A DNA stretch of 64,000 nt from Cellulosilyticaceae bacterium (lineage in GTDB: Bacteria > Bacillota > Clostridia > Lachnospirales > Cellulosilyticaceae): contig JBOFPL010000063.1 of the NCBI GenBank assembly GCA_051659885.1, positions 10,371 through 74,370 of the forward strand, given 5' to 3'. Made by a program: the position numbers and the translations under genes. The first letter of the stretch is position 1; each line of letters opens with the position of its first letter. Positions 46,651-56,843 of the stretch are shown here, piece after piece. Below the pieces are notes generated by a model. The model saw only the letters and a program-made list of their open reading frames with translations, was not told the origin of the DNA and ran no database searches.

Positions 46651-47685
46651 CTAAGTATTTTTAGGTTCTGTTAGCAATTTACTAATTTGATAAGACACAT
46701 TTTCCAATATGGATACTACCTGCCCGTAATTCATACGTGTTGGACCAATAATGCCTATAGTCCCTAAGCTATATCCACCTATAGTATATGTGCTCGTAAT
46801 AATGCTACAGTTTTTCATAGGCTCTAGTGCATTCTCTTCTCCTATTCGGATACTCACTAGCTGACCTTCTGGCTGACCTAGTAATTTCAACAAATAAGGT
46901 TTCTGTTCTAGCAATTCTAGAACCTGCTTGGCTTTTTCTATATCATTAAACTCTTGAAAATTCAAGATGTTCATAGCTCCTCGTGTAAATACGCTTGGGA
47001 TGTCTTCTTCTTTTAGTGTCTGAATAACAGCAGCCATAACATCTTCTGCAATTTCACGATATTCCTTCATTTTGATTTCTAGATCTTGAGTCTTATCTAA
47101 ACTTATTTCACTTAATGATGTTCCTTTTAAAGATTCATTTAAAATATTTGTTAGTAACATACATAAATTGTAATCTAATTCTTGATAAGTTCTAATCACA
47201 TGATGTCTTACCATGTTAGTGTCTGTTACAACTACACAAGCTACACTTCGTTCATCTACAGGTACTAACTGTAAGTGCTTAATCTTAGTTTGCTTGCTAG
47301 TTGGGGTTGAAGCTACTGTTGCATAATTGGTCATCATAGATATGAGCTTTGCTGTTTCATCTAATAATGTATCAATTCTATCGATCTTATCATTGATCAT
47401 TGTAGAAATAACAGCTTCTATTTCCGGTGCTATATCTGGCCTTGTCATCAACTGGTCTACATATAGCCTATATCCTCTATCTGACGGAATACGTCCTGCT
47501 GAGGTATGAGGTTGAACAATTAGCCCTAGCTCCTCAAGATCAGACATCTCATTTCGGATAGTCGCTGAACTAATACCTAAATCATATTTTTTAGATATTG
47601 TTCTTGACCCAACAGGATCACCTGTTTGAATATAATCCTGAATGATCGCTTCTAATATGCGTATTTTTCTTTCATTCATATCCAT
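46651..47685 (-). CDS. hrcA: Heat-inducible transcription repressor HrcA
   Basis: ERKIRILEAIIQDYIQTGDPVGSRTI. I moved the start to the ATG at 47685 (SD AAAGGAAGTGA) because the track start at 47718 lies inside the CIRCE operator. Confidence 0.94.
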   Translation of the reverse strand: MDMNERKIRILEAIIQDYIQTGDPVGSRTISKKYDLGISSATIRNEMSDLEELGLIVQPHTSAGRIPSDRGYRLYVDQLMTRPDIAPEIEAVISTMINDKIDRIDTLLDETAKLISMMTNYATVASTPTSKQTKIKHLQLVPVDERSVACVVVTDTNMVRHHVIRTYQELDYNLCMLLTNILNESLKGTSLSEISLDKTQDLEIKMKEYREIAEDVMAAVIQTLKEEDIPSVFTRGAMNILNFQEFNDIEKAKQVLELLEQKPYLLKLLGQPEGQLVSIRIGEENALEPMKNCSIITSTYTIGGYSLGTIGIIGPTRMNYGQVVSILENVSYQISKLLTEPKNT

Positions 47686-47707
47686 GAGATCACTTCCTTT
47701 TAACTTG

Positions 47708-47734
47708 TTAGCACTCACTAACTTTGAGTGCTAA
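47708..47734 (-). promoter_or_regulatory. CIRCE operator (HrcA binding site)
   Basis: TTAGCACTC-ACTAACTTT-GAGTGCTAA is a perfect 9-N9-9 match to the CIRCE consensus. It lies between the promoter and hrcA. Confidence 0.95.
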
Positions 47735-47744
47735 CTACAATTTA

Positions 47745-47773
47745 AAGATATCATTATTTTAATTCAGTGTCAA
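47745..47773 (-). promoter_or_regulatory. Candidate sigma-A promoter of the hrcA-grpE-dnaK-dnaJ operon
   Basis: The minus strand reads TTGACA-17 nt-TATCTT with TGA immediately upstream of the -10. CIRCE begins about 10 nt downstream. Confidence 0.55.
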
Positions 47774-47792
47774 TATCCTTTTATCATTTTTT

Positions 47793-48923
47793 CTATAAAA
47801 ATGAGCTAAAAATCTGGTTAGATATGTCCACACCATACTCCGATAAATATAACCTCTCTTTATTTTGCACCAACGCTTTTTCTTTTATCCATTTTTTAAT
47901 TTGAGTTCCATAAACTTCTTCTACAGTCTGTCCATATTTTAGTTCAAACTCATTTAGATTTATTCCTTGTAACAAACGCAAACCTAAAAACATGAATTCT
48001 TCTTGGCTCATTTTTGTTGTAATTATCTCTGATTCTTGTTTAACTTGCCCTAAGTTTCCTTGACATGCAATATATTTTTTCAAATCAGCTTCATTGTGAT
48101 ATCTCATTCCCTCAAAATAAGAATGCGCTCCTAGTCCTACACCGAGGTAAGGTTCTTGTTTCCAATAAAGTATATTATGTTTACATTCTTGTCCTACTTT
48201 TGCCCAATTAGAAATTTCATAATGTTGATAGCCTACTTCCTTAAGATAACTTTTAGCAAGCTCATACATCTGTCTGTCTTCTTCTTCTGTTGGCAAGCTT
48301 AATTTACCTTTTGAATACAGAGCTTCAAACTTAGTTCCTTCTTCAACAATTAAGGAATAAGCTGAAATATGGTTAATCGGATAAGACGTTACTCGTCTTA
48401 ATGATTCTTCCCAATCCTTTAAGGTTTGGTCCGGTAGCGTGAACATTAAATCTGTATTAATATTAGTAATTCCACCTGTAACTAAATCATTGATACTTTG
48501 TTCCCATTCTTTAAATGTATGAATTCTACCTATTCTTTTTAACAGAGCATCCTGACAAGCCTGCAGCCCTAAGCTCACCCTATTTATTCCACTTTTTTTT
48601 AATACTTTTACATGTTCTTTTGTAAGTGTCCCTGGATTAGCCTCTATGGTCCACTCTATATCTGATTCTAATTCAAAATTTTCCTCTATTGCTTCGCACA
48701 CACTCTCTAGTAAAAAAGGTGAAAGAACCGTTGGGGTTCCTCCACCTATAAAAATACTTTTGATTGTGTGTACCCCTTGAGTGATCTTTCCATAGTTTAT
48801 TAACTCTTTGATCAAAGCCTCTACATATTCTCCTTCTAAATGATTATTAGCAAATGATAAAAAATCACAATAATAACATTTAGAATGACAAAATGGTATA
48901 TGCACATACAATCCTATCTTCAT
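47793..48923 (-). CDS. hemW: Radical SAM heme chaperone HemW (HemN-like)
   Basis: 376 aa. YVHIPFCHSKCYYCDF (CxxxCxxC) and a HemN C-terminal domain. It keeps the lepA-hemN-hrcA position. Confidence 0.9.
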   Translation of the reverse strand: MKIGLYVHIPFCHSKCYYCDFLSFANNHLEGEYVEALIKELINYGKITQGVHTIKSIFIGGGTPTVLSPFLLESVCEAIEENFELESDIEWTIEANPGTLTKEHVKVLKKSGINRVSLGLQACQDALLKRIGRIHTFKEWEQSINDLVTGGITNINTDLMFTLPDQTLKDWEESLRRVTSYPINHISAYSLIVEEGTKFEALYSKGKLSLPTEEEDRQMYELAKSYLKEVGYQHYEISNWAKVGQECKHNILYWKQEPYLGVGLGAHSYFEGMRYHNEADLKKYIACQGNLGQVKQESEIITTKMSQEEFMFLGLRLLQGINLNEFELKYGQTVEEVYGTQIKKWIKEKALVQNKERLYLSEYGVDISNQIFSSFL

Positions 48924-48932
48924 ATTCTTCCT

Positions 48933-50744
48933 CTATTCATCAAGTTTTAAAACGCTCATAAATGCTGCTTGTGGTACTTCTACATTACCTACTTGTCGCA
49001 TACGTTTTTTACCTTCTTTTTGTTTCTCTAAAAGTTTTCTCTTACGTGAAATATCTCCACCATAACATTTTGCAAGTACATCTTTACGCATCGCACTAAT
49101 TGTCTCACGTGCAATAACCTTAGTACCAATTGCTGCTTGGATAGGAATCTCAAATAAGTGTCTATCGATTTCTTTTTTAAGCTTTTCTACAATCTTTCTA
49201 CCCTTGTGTACTGAGCTTTGTTCATGCACAATTAAAGATAACGCATCAACTAATTCTCTATTAACTAGAATATCTAACTTCACTAGCTTAGATTCCATAT
49301 AACCTTTCATCTCATAGTCAAAAGATGCATATCCTTTTGTACGCGATTTAAGGGCATCAAAGAAATCATAGATAATTTCATTTAATGGAAGGTCATAAGT
49401 TAAAACAGCTCTTGTCTCTTCTAAGTATTCCATACCGTAGTAGATACCACGTCTTTCTTGACAAAGTTCCATAACTGCACCGATATACTCAGTTGGCACG
49501 ATAATTTTCGCCCCTACAATTGGTTCTTCCATATGCGCAATTTTAGCTGGATCTGGTAAGTTAGCTGGGTTTGAAAGTTTTATCACTTCGCCATTTGTTT
49601 GATGCACTCTATAGATTACGTTAGGTGCTGTCGTTACAAGGTCTAAGTTATATTCACGTTCTAAACGCTCTTGGATAATCTCCATATGAAGAAGTCCTAA
49701 GAACCCACATCTGAATCCAAATCCTAAAGCTACTGATGTCTCTGGTTCAAATACCAATGCTGCATCATTAAGTTGAAGCTTTTCTAAACTGTCTCTTAAA
49801 TCTCCATATTTAGCTCCATCTGCTGGGTATAATCCACAGTATACCATTGGATTAACTTTTTTATATCCTGGTAATGCATTTGTAGTAGGATTGTTTGCTT
49901 CTGTAATCGTATCTCCTACACTTGTATCTTTTACATTTTTGATACTTGCTGTAATGTAACCTACTTCACCTGCTTTAAGGCTATCTGTTGGTCTAAATTG
50001 TCCTGCACCAAAAGTCCCTACCTCTACAACGTCAAATTCTGCTTTCGTTGCCATCATACGGATTTTCATACCTTTTGTTACTGTTCCCTCTTTAACTCTA
50101 CAGAATACGATAACTCCTTTGTATGGGTCGTATAAAGAGTCAAAAATAAGCGCTTGTAGGGGTGCATTTTCATCCCCTTGTGGTACTGGTACAGCTTTTA
50201 CAACTTGTTCAAGTACATCCTCAATATTGATACCATTTTTAGCTGAAATAAGAGGCGCTTCACTTGCGTCAAGTCCTATTACATCTTCAATTTGTTCTTT
50301 CACACGCTCTGGATCTGCACTTGGTAAGTCAATTTTATTGATAACTGGCAAGATTTCTAAATCGTGTTCTAATGCAAGATATACGTTAGCAAGTGTTTGA
50401 GCTTCGATTCCTTGGGCAGCATCTACGATAAGTAAAGCCCCTTCACAAGCTGCCAAACTTCTAGATACCTCATAATTAAAGTCTACATGCCCTGGTGTAT
50501 CAATTAAGTTGAATATATATTCTTCACCATCTTTGGCTTTATAAACAAGTCTTACAGCTTGAGATTTGATTGTAATCCCTCTCTCACGCTCTAAATCCAT
50601 ATTATCTAATACTTGTGCTTGCATTTCTCTAGCTGTTAAAGTACCCGTCATTTGAATAATTCTGTCAGCTAGTGTACTTTTCCCATGATCAATATGGGCA
50701 ATGATACAAAAGTTTCTAATTTTTTCTTGTCTTGAAAGAGACAT
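48933..50744 (-). CDS. lepA: Elongation factor 4
   Basis: 603 aa with [28 protein letters not shown] and NKIDL, plus the LepA-specific C-terminus. Confidence 0.98.
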   Translation of the reverse strand: MSLSRQEKIRNFCIIAHIDHGKSTLADRIIQMTGTLTAREMQAQVLDNMDLERERGITIKSQAVRLVYKAKDGEEYIFNLIDTPGHVDFNYEVSRSLAACEGALLIVDAAQGIEAQTLANVYLALEHDLEILPVINKIDLPSADPERVKEQIEDVIGLDASEAPLISAKNGINIEDVLEQVVKAVPVPQGDENAPLQALIFDSLYDPYKGVIVFCRVKEGTVTKGMKIRMMATKAEFDVVEVGTFGAGQFRPTDSLKAGEVGYITASIKNVKDTSVGDTITEANNPTTNALPGYKKVNPMVYCGLYPADGAKYGDLRDSLEKLQLNDAALVFEPETSVALGFGFRCGFLGLLHMEIIQERLEREYNLDLVTTAPNVIYRVHQTNGEVIKLSNPANLPDPAKIAHMEEPIVGAKIIVPTEYIGAVMELCQERRGIYYGMEYLEETRAVLTYDLPLNEIIYDFFDALKSRTKGYASFDYEMKGYMESKLVKLDILVNRELVDALSLIVHEQSSVHKGRKIVEKLKKEIDRHLFEIPIQAAIGTKVIARETISAMRKDVLAKCYGGDISRKRKLLEKQKEGKKRMRQVGNVEVPQAAFMSVLKLDE

Positions 50745-50782
50745 CTTGCTCCTCCTTATATTTTCTGTAGTATATTCGGTTT

Positions 50783-50812
50783 ATTATAGCACAGCGCTCC
50801 TTTGGGTATCAA
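50783..50812 (-). promoter_or_regulatory. Candidate sigma-A promoter of lepA
   Basis: The minus strand reads TTGATA-18 nt-TATAAT with TGC immediately upstream of the -10 (extended -10). The -35 overlaps the spoIIP stop. Confidence 0.5.
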
Positions 50813-51993
50813 TCTTTTTCCAGTACTTTTGCTATAATATCTGCAATAGGCTCTGCTGCATTCACTGCTTCTTCTAAAGTATTGCCATTTGTTCCTACTT
50901 CTATTAATAAAGATAAAGGCTTCATATGTGTACTATATCGATAAGATTTGAGATATACTTTTCTCATCAAACTAGGATAATACGTTAACCCTTCTATTTG
51001 TGCTTGTAGTGAAAAAGCTAGATTATCCTCTAAATAAGGATTTGAAAGTTGCTTATGGGGCGCTAGATTATCCTCTAAATCTCTTTTCATACACACACCA
51101 TTAACAAACATAATTTTCGCTGTATCTTTTCCATTAACTTTTGTCACTAATTTATCCCCTGAAGCTAATGAATCCCTATGTATATCAATAACTATTTGTA
51201 TAGATGGATTGTCCTTTAATGTATTATTAATCACAGGCTCCATCCGTTCATAGGCTCCACTGGTTGGTAAAAAATTATCTGTAATGTGCATCGTTTCAAT
51301 GCCATATTTTTGCTCTAATACTGTGCATAATTCCTCTCCTACTCTTCCCACTCCACTTTCTACATTTCCTTGTTCTTTATAGTCTTCATTAACATGGGTA
51401 TGAAATATAAGTACTTTAGGCCCTTGTTTTGTCTCATCTATTCTCATCTCTTTTTTTGCAAGTTCCTCAAAATTCCATAAATTTAATAATTCCTCATTCA
51501 CACCTAAATCTGCATCTCCCATATAAAACTTTTTAAGCAAATAACTAGAATCTCTTAAATTTGTTACATCTATTTGCTGCTCTTTAGTCATTGGTAACTC
51601 AGGTACATAGACATTTTCTTTATTTAAATTAATAAGTTCTTCTGTTTGTGGTAAATGAAAATAGCCTGCAATTTCATCTTCATAAATCCTAAGATGTTTG
51701 TTTTTACTTTTATAATAAGGCATTGTATTATAAATGTAACTTATAGGGCTTTTCCCACCTATGCTCATCACATATTGCATATATGCTTTGCTAAAGAATT
51801 CCTCATTAAGGGGATTACTCGTATTAGGTAAGGCTATATTAGTCAGCAATAAGGGTGCCATTTTGTTGGATACCTCATTAATCTGGGTATAAGTTCCTAA
51901 CATAGACCAAATTAAATACCCTATAATCCCCACATTTATTAAAATAGTTGATAGAGAATGTTTTTTTACATCATGATAATGATTGTGATACAA
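50809..51993 (-). CDS. spoIIP: Stage II sporulation protein P (engulfment amidase)
   Basis: 394 aa. N-terminal TM segment, then VLIFHTHVNEDY and VIDIHRDS. TTG start with SD GAGGAGG. Confidence 0.9.
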   Translation of the reverse strand: MYHNHYHDVKKHSLSTILINVGIIGYLIWSMLGTYTQINEVSNKMAPLLLTNIALPNTSNPLNEEFFSKAYMQYVMSIGGKSPISYIYNTMPYYKSKNKHLRIYEDEIAGYFHLPQTEELINLNKENVYVPELPMTKEQQIDVTNLRDSSYLLKKFYMGDADLGVNEELLNLWNFEELAKKEMRIDETKQGPKVLIFHTHVNEDYKEQGNVESGVGRVGEELCTVLEQKYGIETMHITDNFLPTSGAYERMEPVINNTLKDNPSIQIVIDIHRDSLASGDKLVTKVNGKDTAKIMFVNGVCMKRDLEDNLAPHKQLSNPYLEDNLAFSLQAQIEGLTYYPSLMRKVYLKSYRYSTHMKPLSLLIEVGTNGNTLEEAVNAAEPIADIIAKVLEKD

Positions 51994-52028
51994 GTTAATT
52001 CCTCCTCTTCAGTAAGTTCCCTTACACT

Positions 52029-52057
52029 ATTGTATAATCTTGTACCACTTTTTATGA
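52029..52057 (-). promoter_or_regulatory. Candidate sigma-E promoter of spoIIP
   Basis: The minus strand reads TCATA-16 nt-TATACAAT, which matches CATACAAT at 7 of 8 positions. Confidence 0.4.
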
Positions 52058-53062
52058 CTAATACGTATATTTGTTTATATCTTGTAGCGTTATACCAGGA
52101 TGTACCGCAATGTTAATTCCATTAGAAATAATATTGGTTAAGTATTCTACTACCTCATCAATATCTTTTGGTGTTACGAATAGATCTCCTACTAAAGGAA
52201 ATAGCACTTCTTTAATAAGTGCATATTTTTCTTTATCACTAAGCTCCTTCAACATTTCGTAAAAAGGAGAATGTTCAGCCTCTTGTAACATAGCAAAAAT
52301 AAGTTGGTCTAAAGTATCATTTACCAAAGTAGCAGCATCTACTACAGTAGGTACTCCTATAGCAATAACAGGACATCCCATTGTATCTTCATTAAGCTGT
52401 TTTCTTTTATTTCCAATACCCGCTCCTGGAGAAATACCTGTATCACTAATCTGTATTGTTGTATTAATACGTTTAGCATTTCTAGCTCCTAATGCATCAA
52501 TTGCCACAATACAATCAGGCTTAATATTTTCAGCTACTCCTTTTATGATTTCACTCGTTTCTATTCCAGTTAATCCCATAACCCCAGGGATAAGACTACT
52601 TAGATTACATACCGAATCATCAATCTGATCTGGCATAGCTTCATTAAGATGTCTTGTCACTAATACTTTTCCTGCCACATTAGGCCCTAAAGTATCTGGT
52701 GTTGCAAAACGATTCCCTAATCCTACTACTAAAATATTATTTTTTTCTTTTTTCTTAGGTAAGATTTTTTTTAATTCTTCTGCTAATACCTTGATTACTT
52801 CTTCATGTACTTCTGGATCATTGTCTTTTATGCCCTGACATTCTATAGTAATATAATTGCCAATAGGTTTACCCATATTTTGAGCTCCCTTATCATCCTT
52901 GACTCTAACATGTGTTGTCGTAATACCAAATGATTCATTCTCTGTTGTGAGAATTTCTACTCCTTCTATTTCAAAATCATCTGGTTTATCTTCTTTAATC
53001 AATGCACCTATTTCTATCGCTAAATCTGTTCTCGGACTCCAATTTTCCATATATTCATTCAT
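52058..53062 (-). CDS. gpr: Germination protease GPR
   Basis: 334 aa with RTDLAIE, VVGLGNRFATPDTLGP and IAIDALGAR. Confidence 0.94.
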   Translation of the reverse strand: MNEYMENWSPRTDLAIEIGALIKEDKPDDFEIEGVEILTTENESFGITTTHVRVKDDKGAQNMGKPIGNYITIECQGIKDNDPEVHEEVIKVLAEELKKILPKKKEKNNILVVGLGNRFATPDTLGPNVAGKVLVTRHLNEAMPDQIDDSVCNLSSLIPGVMGLTGIETSEIIKGVAENIKPDCIVAIDALGARNAKRINTTIQISDTGISPGAGIGNKRKQLNEDTMGCPVIAIGVPTVVDAATLVNDTLDQLIFAMLQEAEHSPFYEMLKELSDKEKYALIKEVLFPLVGDLFVTPKDIDEVVEYLTNIISNGINIAVHPGITLQDINKYTY

Positions 53063-53092
53063 TTCTTCACCTCATTTTATAATATCTCCCAG

Positions 53093-53122
53093 TATTTTTA
53101 CCAAGATTTTTGTCTACTATAC
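53093..53122 (-). promoter_or_regulatory. Candidate forespore (sigma-F/sigma-G) promoter of gpr
   Basis: The minus strand reads GTATA-15 nt-GGTAAAAATA. This fits the published sigma-F pattern GywTA-N15-GgnrAnAnTw at every specified position. Confidence 0.5.
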
Positions 53123-53123
53123 A

Positions 53124-53152
53124 TTGACTTAATTCGCTAAGTGCTATATACT
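53124..53152 (+). promoter_or_regulatory. Candidate sigma-A promoter of rpsT
   Basis: TTGACT-17 nt-TATACT, giving a leader of about 70 nt. Confidence 0.55.
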
Positions 53153-53169
53153 TATTAAGTGTTTGAATA

Positions 53170-53216
53170 CCGTTCATAATTCCCCAAAACCGTGTCCATA
53201 TTAAGAATATGAATGG
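53170..53216 (+). promoter_or_regulatory. Hairpin in the rpsT leader abutting the Shine-Dalgarno
   Basis: CCGTTCATAATTC pairs with GAATATGAATGG (one G-U pair and one bulge). The 3-prime arm ends inside the SD GGGAGG (53215-53220). Confidence 0.35.
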
Positions 53217-53228
53217 GAGGGCTATAAA

Positions 53229-53492
53229 ATGGCCAATATTAAATCAGCAAAAAAACGTATTAAAGTAATCGCAACAAAAACTGCACGTAACCGTGCAATC
53301 AAATCTGCAGTAAAAACTTACATCAAAAAAGTTACTGCTGCTGTACAAGCTAATGATAAAGCTGCAGCTACTGCTAGCTTAACAGTTGCTGTAAAAGCAA
53401 TCGACAAAGCTGCTGCTAAAGGAATTTTCCATAGCAAAACTGCTGCTCGTAAAAAATCAACTTTAGCTCGTTTAGTTAACACTGTTGCGTAA
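53229..53492 (+). CDS. rpsT: 30S ribosomal protein S20
   Basis: 87 aa with MANIKSAKKRIKV. Basic, alanine-rich helical protein. Confidence 0.98.
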   Translation: MANIKSAKKRIKVIATKTARNRAIKSAVKTYIKKVTAAVQANDKAAATASLTVAVKAIDKAAAKGIFHSKTAARKKSTLARLVNTVA

Positions 53493-53507
53493 TTCCTTAC
53501 GTCTAGC

Positions 53508-53537
53508 AATGCCCCTTATGATTTCATAAGGGGCATT
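53508..53537. terminator. Hairpin between convergent rpsT and holA
   Basis: AATGCCCCTTATGA / TCATAAGGGGCATT palindrome. The T tracts on both sides are weak. Confidence 0.55.
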
Positions 53538-53545
53538 TGCTGTAT

Positions 53546-54511
53546 TTATAAATAAATACATTTAATAATTAGCATTTCTATACACTGTACAGCTTCCATT
53601 TGTCCTGTTTTAATTGCAATATCACTCTCTAAACAAAATTTAATAGCTTCTTCAAGTTGTTTAAAACTAAATAATTCAGTCTGTTTAGCCATTTCTTTTA
53701 CAGCAAAAAAAGGAACACCTACTTCACTTGCAATCTGTTTTTGCGGTGCATTTGCTTTAAGAAGATACTTAATTTGCAACATAACACGATATTGTCTTGC
53801 TATCAAAACCAAAACCCCTATCGGTGATTCTTTACTTTCTATAAGTGCTTTATAAATTTTGAGTGCTTCTGATGTATTTTTATTGGTCACTTCTTTAATC
53901 AATGTAAATACCCTTTGTTCTAAAGAAAATACACAAATCTCATCGATGTCTTTCTGTGTAATCGTTCTGTCTCTTGTGTAATCCAATAATTTCTCAAATT
54001 CATTTAAAGCGTAAGTAATATTTTGAGGCATATTTTGTAAGAAATAAAGTAATAGAGAACGGCTTATATTCTGGCATTTTCGAGAAAAAATACGCACCAT
54101 CTCTTCATCACCAGGATATCCTGCTTCTATAGTTGTATACTTTGCCTTAATTTGTTTATAAAGCTTTCCTCTTTTATCAACCTCTGACTCACAAAAAACT
54201 AACACAACATATTCAGGTACAGACTCTATCCACTCTGCCAATTTTTCACTTTCATCTTTTCTTCCTGGTTTAAATAATCCACTATTTTTTACGACTACTA
54301 ACTTTCTATCTGCAAAAAAAGGCATTGTTTCACATGTATCAATTACCGCCGAAACAGTCCCTTCCTTACCTTCAAATACATTATAATTCATTAATTCTGT
54401 TGTTTCATCTAATATTTGCTTTTTTATGTCTTTAATTAAATTATATTTAATCCACTCTTCTTCACCGTGAATTAAATAACATTTTTGTATTTCTTTATCA
54501 ATCCCCATCAT
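53546..54511 (-). CDS. holA: DNA polymerase III delta subunit
   Basis: 321 aa. It starts YLIHGEEEWI and has a clamp-loader AAA-like fold. It keeps the conserved comEC-holA-rpsT position. Confidence 0.85.
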   Translation of the reverse strand: MMGIDKEIQKCYLIHGEEEWIKYNLIKDIKKQILDETTELMNYNVFEGKEGTVSAVIDTCETMPFFADRKLVVVKNSGLFKPGRKDESEKLAEWIESVPEYVVLVFCESEVDKRGKLYKQIKAKYTTIEAGYPGDEEMVRIFSRKCQNISRSLLLYFLQNMPQNITYALNEFEKLLDYTRDRTITQKDIDEICVFSLEQRVFTLIKEVTNKNTSEALKIYKALIESKESPIGVLVLIARQYRVMLQIKYLLKANAPQKQIASEVGVPFFAVKEMAKQTELFSFKQLEEAIKFCLESDIAIKTGQMEAVQCIEMLIIKCIYL

Positions 54512-56843
54512 AAATCTTTTTATCCTCCTGCACTTGATAACTTAACTTAAGTTCGTTCACTCCATCCGTATATATACTAATGGCTCCATGTAAATCTGTC
54601 CTTAAAACTTCTATAGGATATTGTTCTAATGTCTCTAAGGTTTGCATATGTGGGTGTCCATATATATTATTCACACCACAACTAATGATAGCATACTCTG
54701 GTCTAGTTTGTAATAAGAATGTCTCTTGTGTCGAATTTTTAGAACCATGATGTGCTACTTTTAACCAATTGATATCTTCCAATTCATGCTTAATCATATC
54801 TTCTGTTTGCTTTCCTATATCTCCAGTAAATAGTCCTCTAAATTCTCCTACCTCCATTAGCATAACCAAAGACTGTTCATTAAGATCTCCTTCACTTACT
54901 TCCCCATATGGCCATATGGCCTGAAATACCATTTCTTCTATAATAATTTTCCCTCGTTTACCTATTTCATATATAGGGATGTCTAATCCCTCACTTCTCC
55001 TAGTTAATTCTTCTAACTCAGTTCCTCCTCGGCTCCCCACTGGAACAAACAAATTACTTATTTCTATTCCACTTTCTAATAGTTCTAAAATCCCTCCAAT
55101 ATGGTCTTCATGAGGATGTGATAGAATAATCGCTTCAAGTTTTGTGATTCCTCTATACTTCAAATATCTTTCTATGGTTTCCCCTTTTCCAGTAGGTCCC
55201 CCATCTACAAGTAAAGCTTTTTTATTAGGTGTAATAATCACAGTGCTATCCCCTTGTCCTACATAAAGTTGTGTAATTTCAGTATTTCTTTGGACTATTC
55301 CTATAGACTGCATCACAAGTAAACAAGTCCCTATTACTCCTATCCCTATTGGTATTATTTTTATTTTATGAGTTATACTCCATATCATGCCTATTAATAC
55401 TATATAATAAACGATTAAACTTTCTAAAGAAGGCCTCCCCACACACCAAGTGGCAATAGGACACTCCATAATAACTTTTCCAATATCTTCAACACTATTT
55501 AGACACCTTACAATTCCTTCTGCCATCCATTGTGCACAATCTAAGTTAACTACACTTATCCCCACTACAAAAATCATACTTGGAATTAATACTCCAAATA
55601 GGGGCATCACTATCAAATTAAATAAATTCCCTAATAATGAAACCTCAAAAAAGTGATAACTTAATATAGGTGCTATAAACAAAAAAATAACTGTAGGTAC
55701 TAAAATGAGTTCTATAATTCTTTTTTGTTTTCTTGTGAATGAATTAACAGCTATGCTACAATCCATAATATACTGATAGAAACCAATTCCTATAACTGCT
55801 CCAAAGGAAAGTTGAAAACCTACCTGCGTTAGCTGAAAAGGATTAATCCCTAACACTACTACTGCTGCTATTGCTATACTAGTAGGAAAATCTTCCTCTT
55901 CCCATACACATCTTCCAACAAGCATAACCGATAACATAATAGCTGCCCTAACTGTAGAAACAGCAACTCCTGTTAAAATCGCATATCCCCATATACTCAT
56001 GATGCCTACCCATTGTCTTTCAGTATAACCTATACCTATCTTCCTACATACCCATAAACTCATAAATAAAATAATACTTATATGCAATCCTGATATAGCT
56101 AATAAATGTCCTATTCCTAAATCAAAATAAAGCTGACTAATTTCTTCATCTATACCTTCTTTTTCTCCAAGTAAAGTTGCTGCTACTATTCCTTTATCTT
56201 TCTCCCTAAAGATTAATTCTACTCTTTCCTTTAACCCTTTACGCCATTTTGCTACTAAATGAGTTTGTTTTTCAATTACTCTAATAGAAGTAACTTTAAT
56301 ACGCCCTACTATTCCTTTCCCTCTTAAGTAACTAGCATAGTCCATATCTGAAGGATTCATTTGGACGGGTTCTTTAACAACCTTTCCCTCACAAATAATC
56401 TGATCATATAGTTCATATTTTTCTACTGTTTCATCTACTAAAACAATAAGTTTTGAGCTAAGTGGTGTTATTTCTTCTTTTTCTACCCACACATTTTCTA
56501 GTACAATTTGTGTAGCATACTCTCCTGTTTTTATCTCTTTAATATTTCCTATAACCTTAATATTTTCATCTGCTAATAATATATTTTTTTCCCGTTCTAG
56601 AGGATGATTTTGTACTCGCAACATGAAAAGAAAACTTATGCTTACTAAAATAATAATCCACCTTGTTGTATACCACTTATTTAATACTAAATTTCCTATT
56701 AGAAATACTACTAAAAATAAAAAAAAGGAAACATATAGATCTCTAATCCATATGTTCCCCCCCATAATGCCTAATATCATATAAATACTTACTTCAATGA
56801 ATGGTCTATTCTTCTGTAGCAATGAGTTCTTCATTCCTTTCAA
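54498..56843 (-). CDS. comEC: DNA internalisation-related competence protein ComEC/Rec2 with C-terminal metallo-beta-lactamase domain
   Basis: 781 aa. Polytopic competence domain (LGIGHLLAISGLHISI) and MBL domain (SHPHEDHIGG, VAHHGS). The start is uncertain (TTG 56843, ATG 56834 or ATG 56780). It overlaps the gerM stop. Confidence 0.9.
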   Translation of the reverse strand: MKGMKNSLLQKNRPFIEVSIYMILGIMGGNIWIRDLYVSFFLFLVVFLIGNLVLNKWYTTRWIIILVSISFLFMLRVQNHPLEREKNILLADENIKVIGNIKEIKTGEYATQIVLENVWVEKEEITPLSSKLIVLVDETVEKYELYDQIICEGKVVKEPVQMNPSDMDYASYLRGKGIVGRIKVTSIRVIEKQTHLVAKWRKGLKERVELIFREKDKGIVAATLLGEKEGIDEEISQLYFDLGIGHLLAISGLHISIILFMSLWVCRKIGIGYTERQWVGIMSIWGYAILTGVAVSTVRAAIMLSVMLVGRCVWEEEDFPTSIAIAAVVVLGINPFQLTQVGFQLSFGAVIGIGFYQYIMDCSIAVNSFTRKQKRIIELILVPTVIFLFIAPILSYHFFEVSLLGNLFNLIVMPLFGVLIPSMIFVVGISVVNLDCAQWMAEGIVRCLNSVEDIGKVIMECPIATWCVGRPSLESLIVYYIVLIGMIWSITHKIKIIPIGIGVIGTCLLVMQSIGIVQRNTEITQLYVGQGDSTVIITPNKKALLVDGGPTGKGETIERYLKYRGITKLEAIILSHPHEDHIGGILELLESGIEISNLFVPVGSRGGTELEELTRRSEGLDIPIYEIGKRGKIIIEEMVFQAIWPYGEVSEGDLNEQSLVMLMEVGEFRGLFTGDIGKQTEDMIKHELEDINWLKVAHHGSKNSTQETFLLQTRPEYAIISCGVNNIYGHPHMQTLETLEQYPIEVLRTDLHGAISIYTDGVNELKLSYQVQEDKKIYDGD

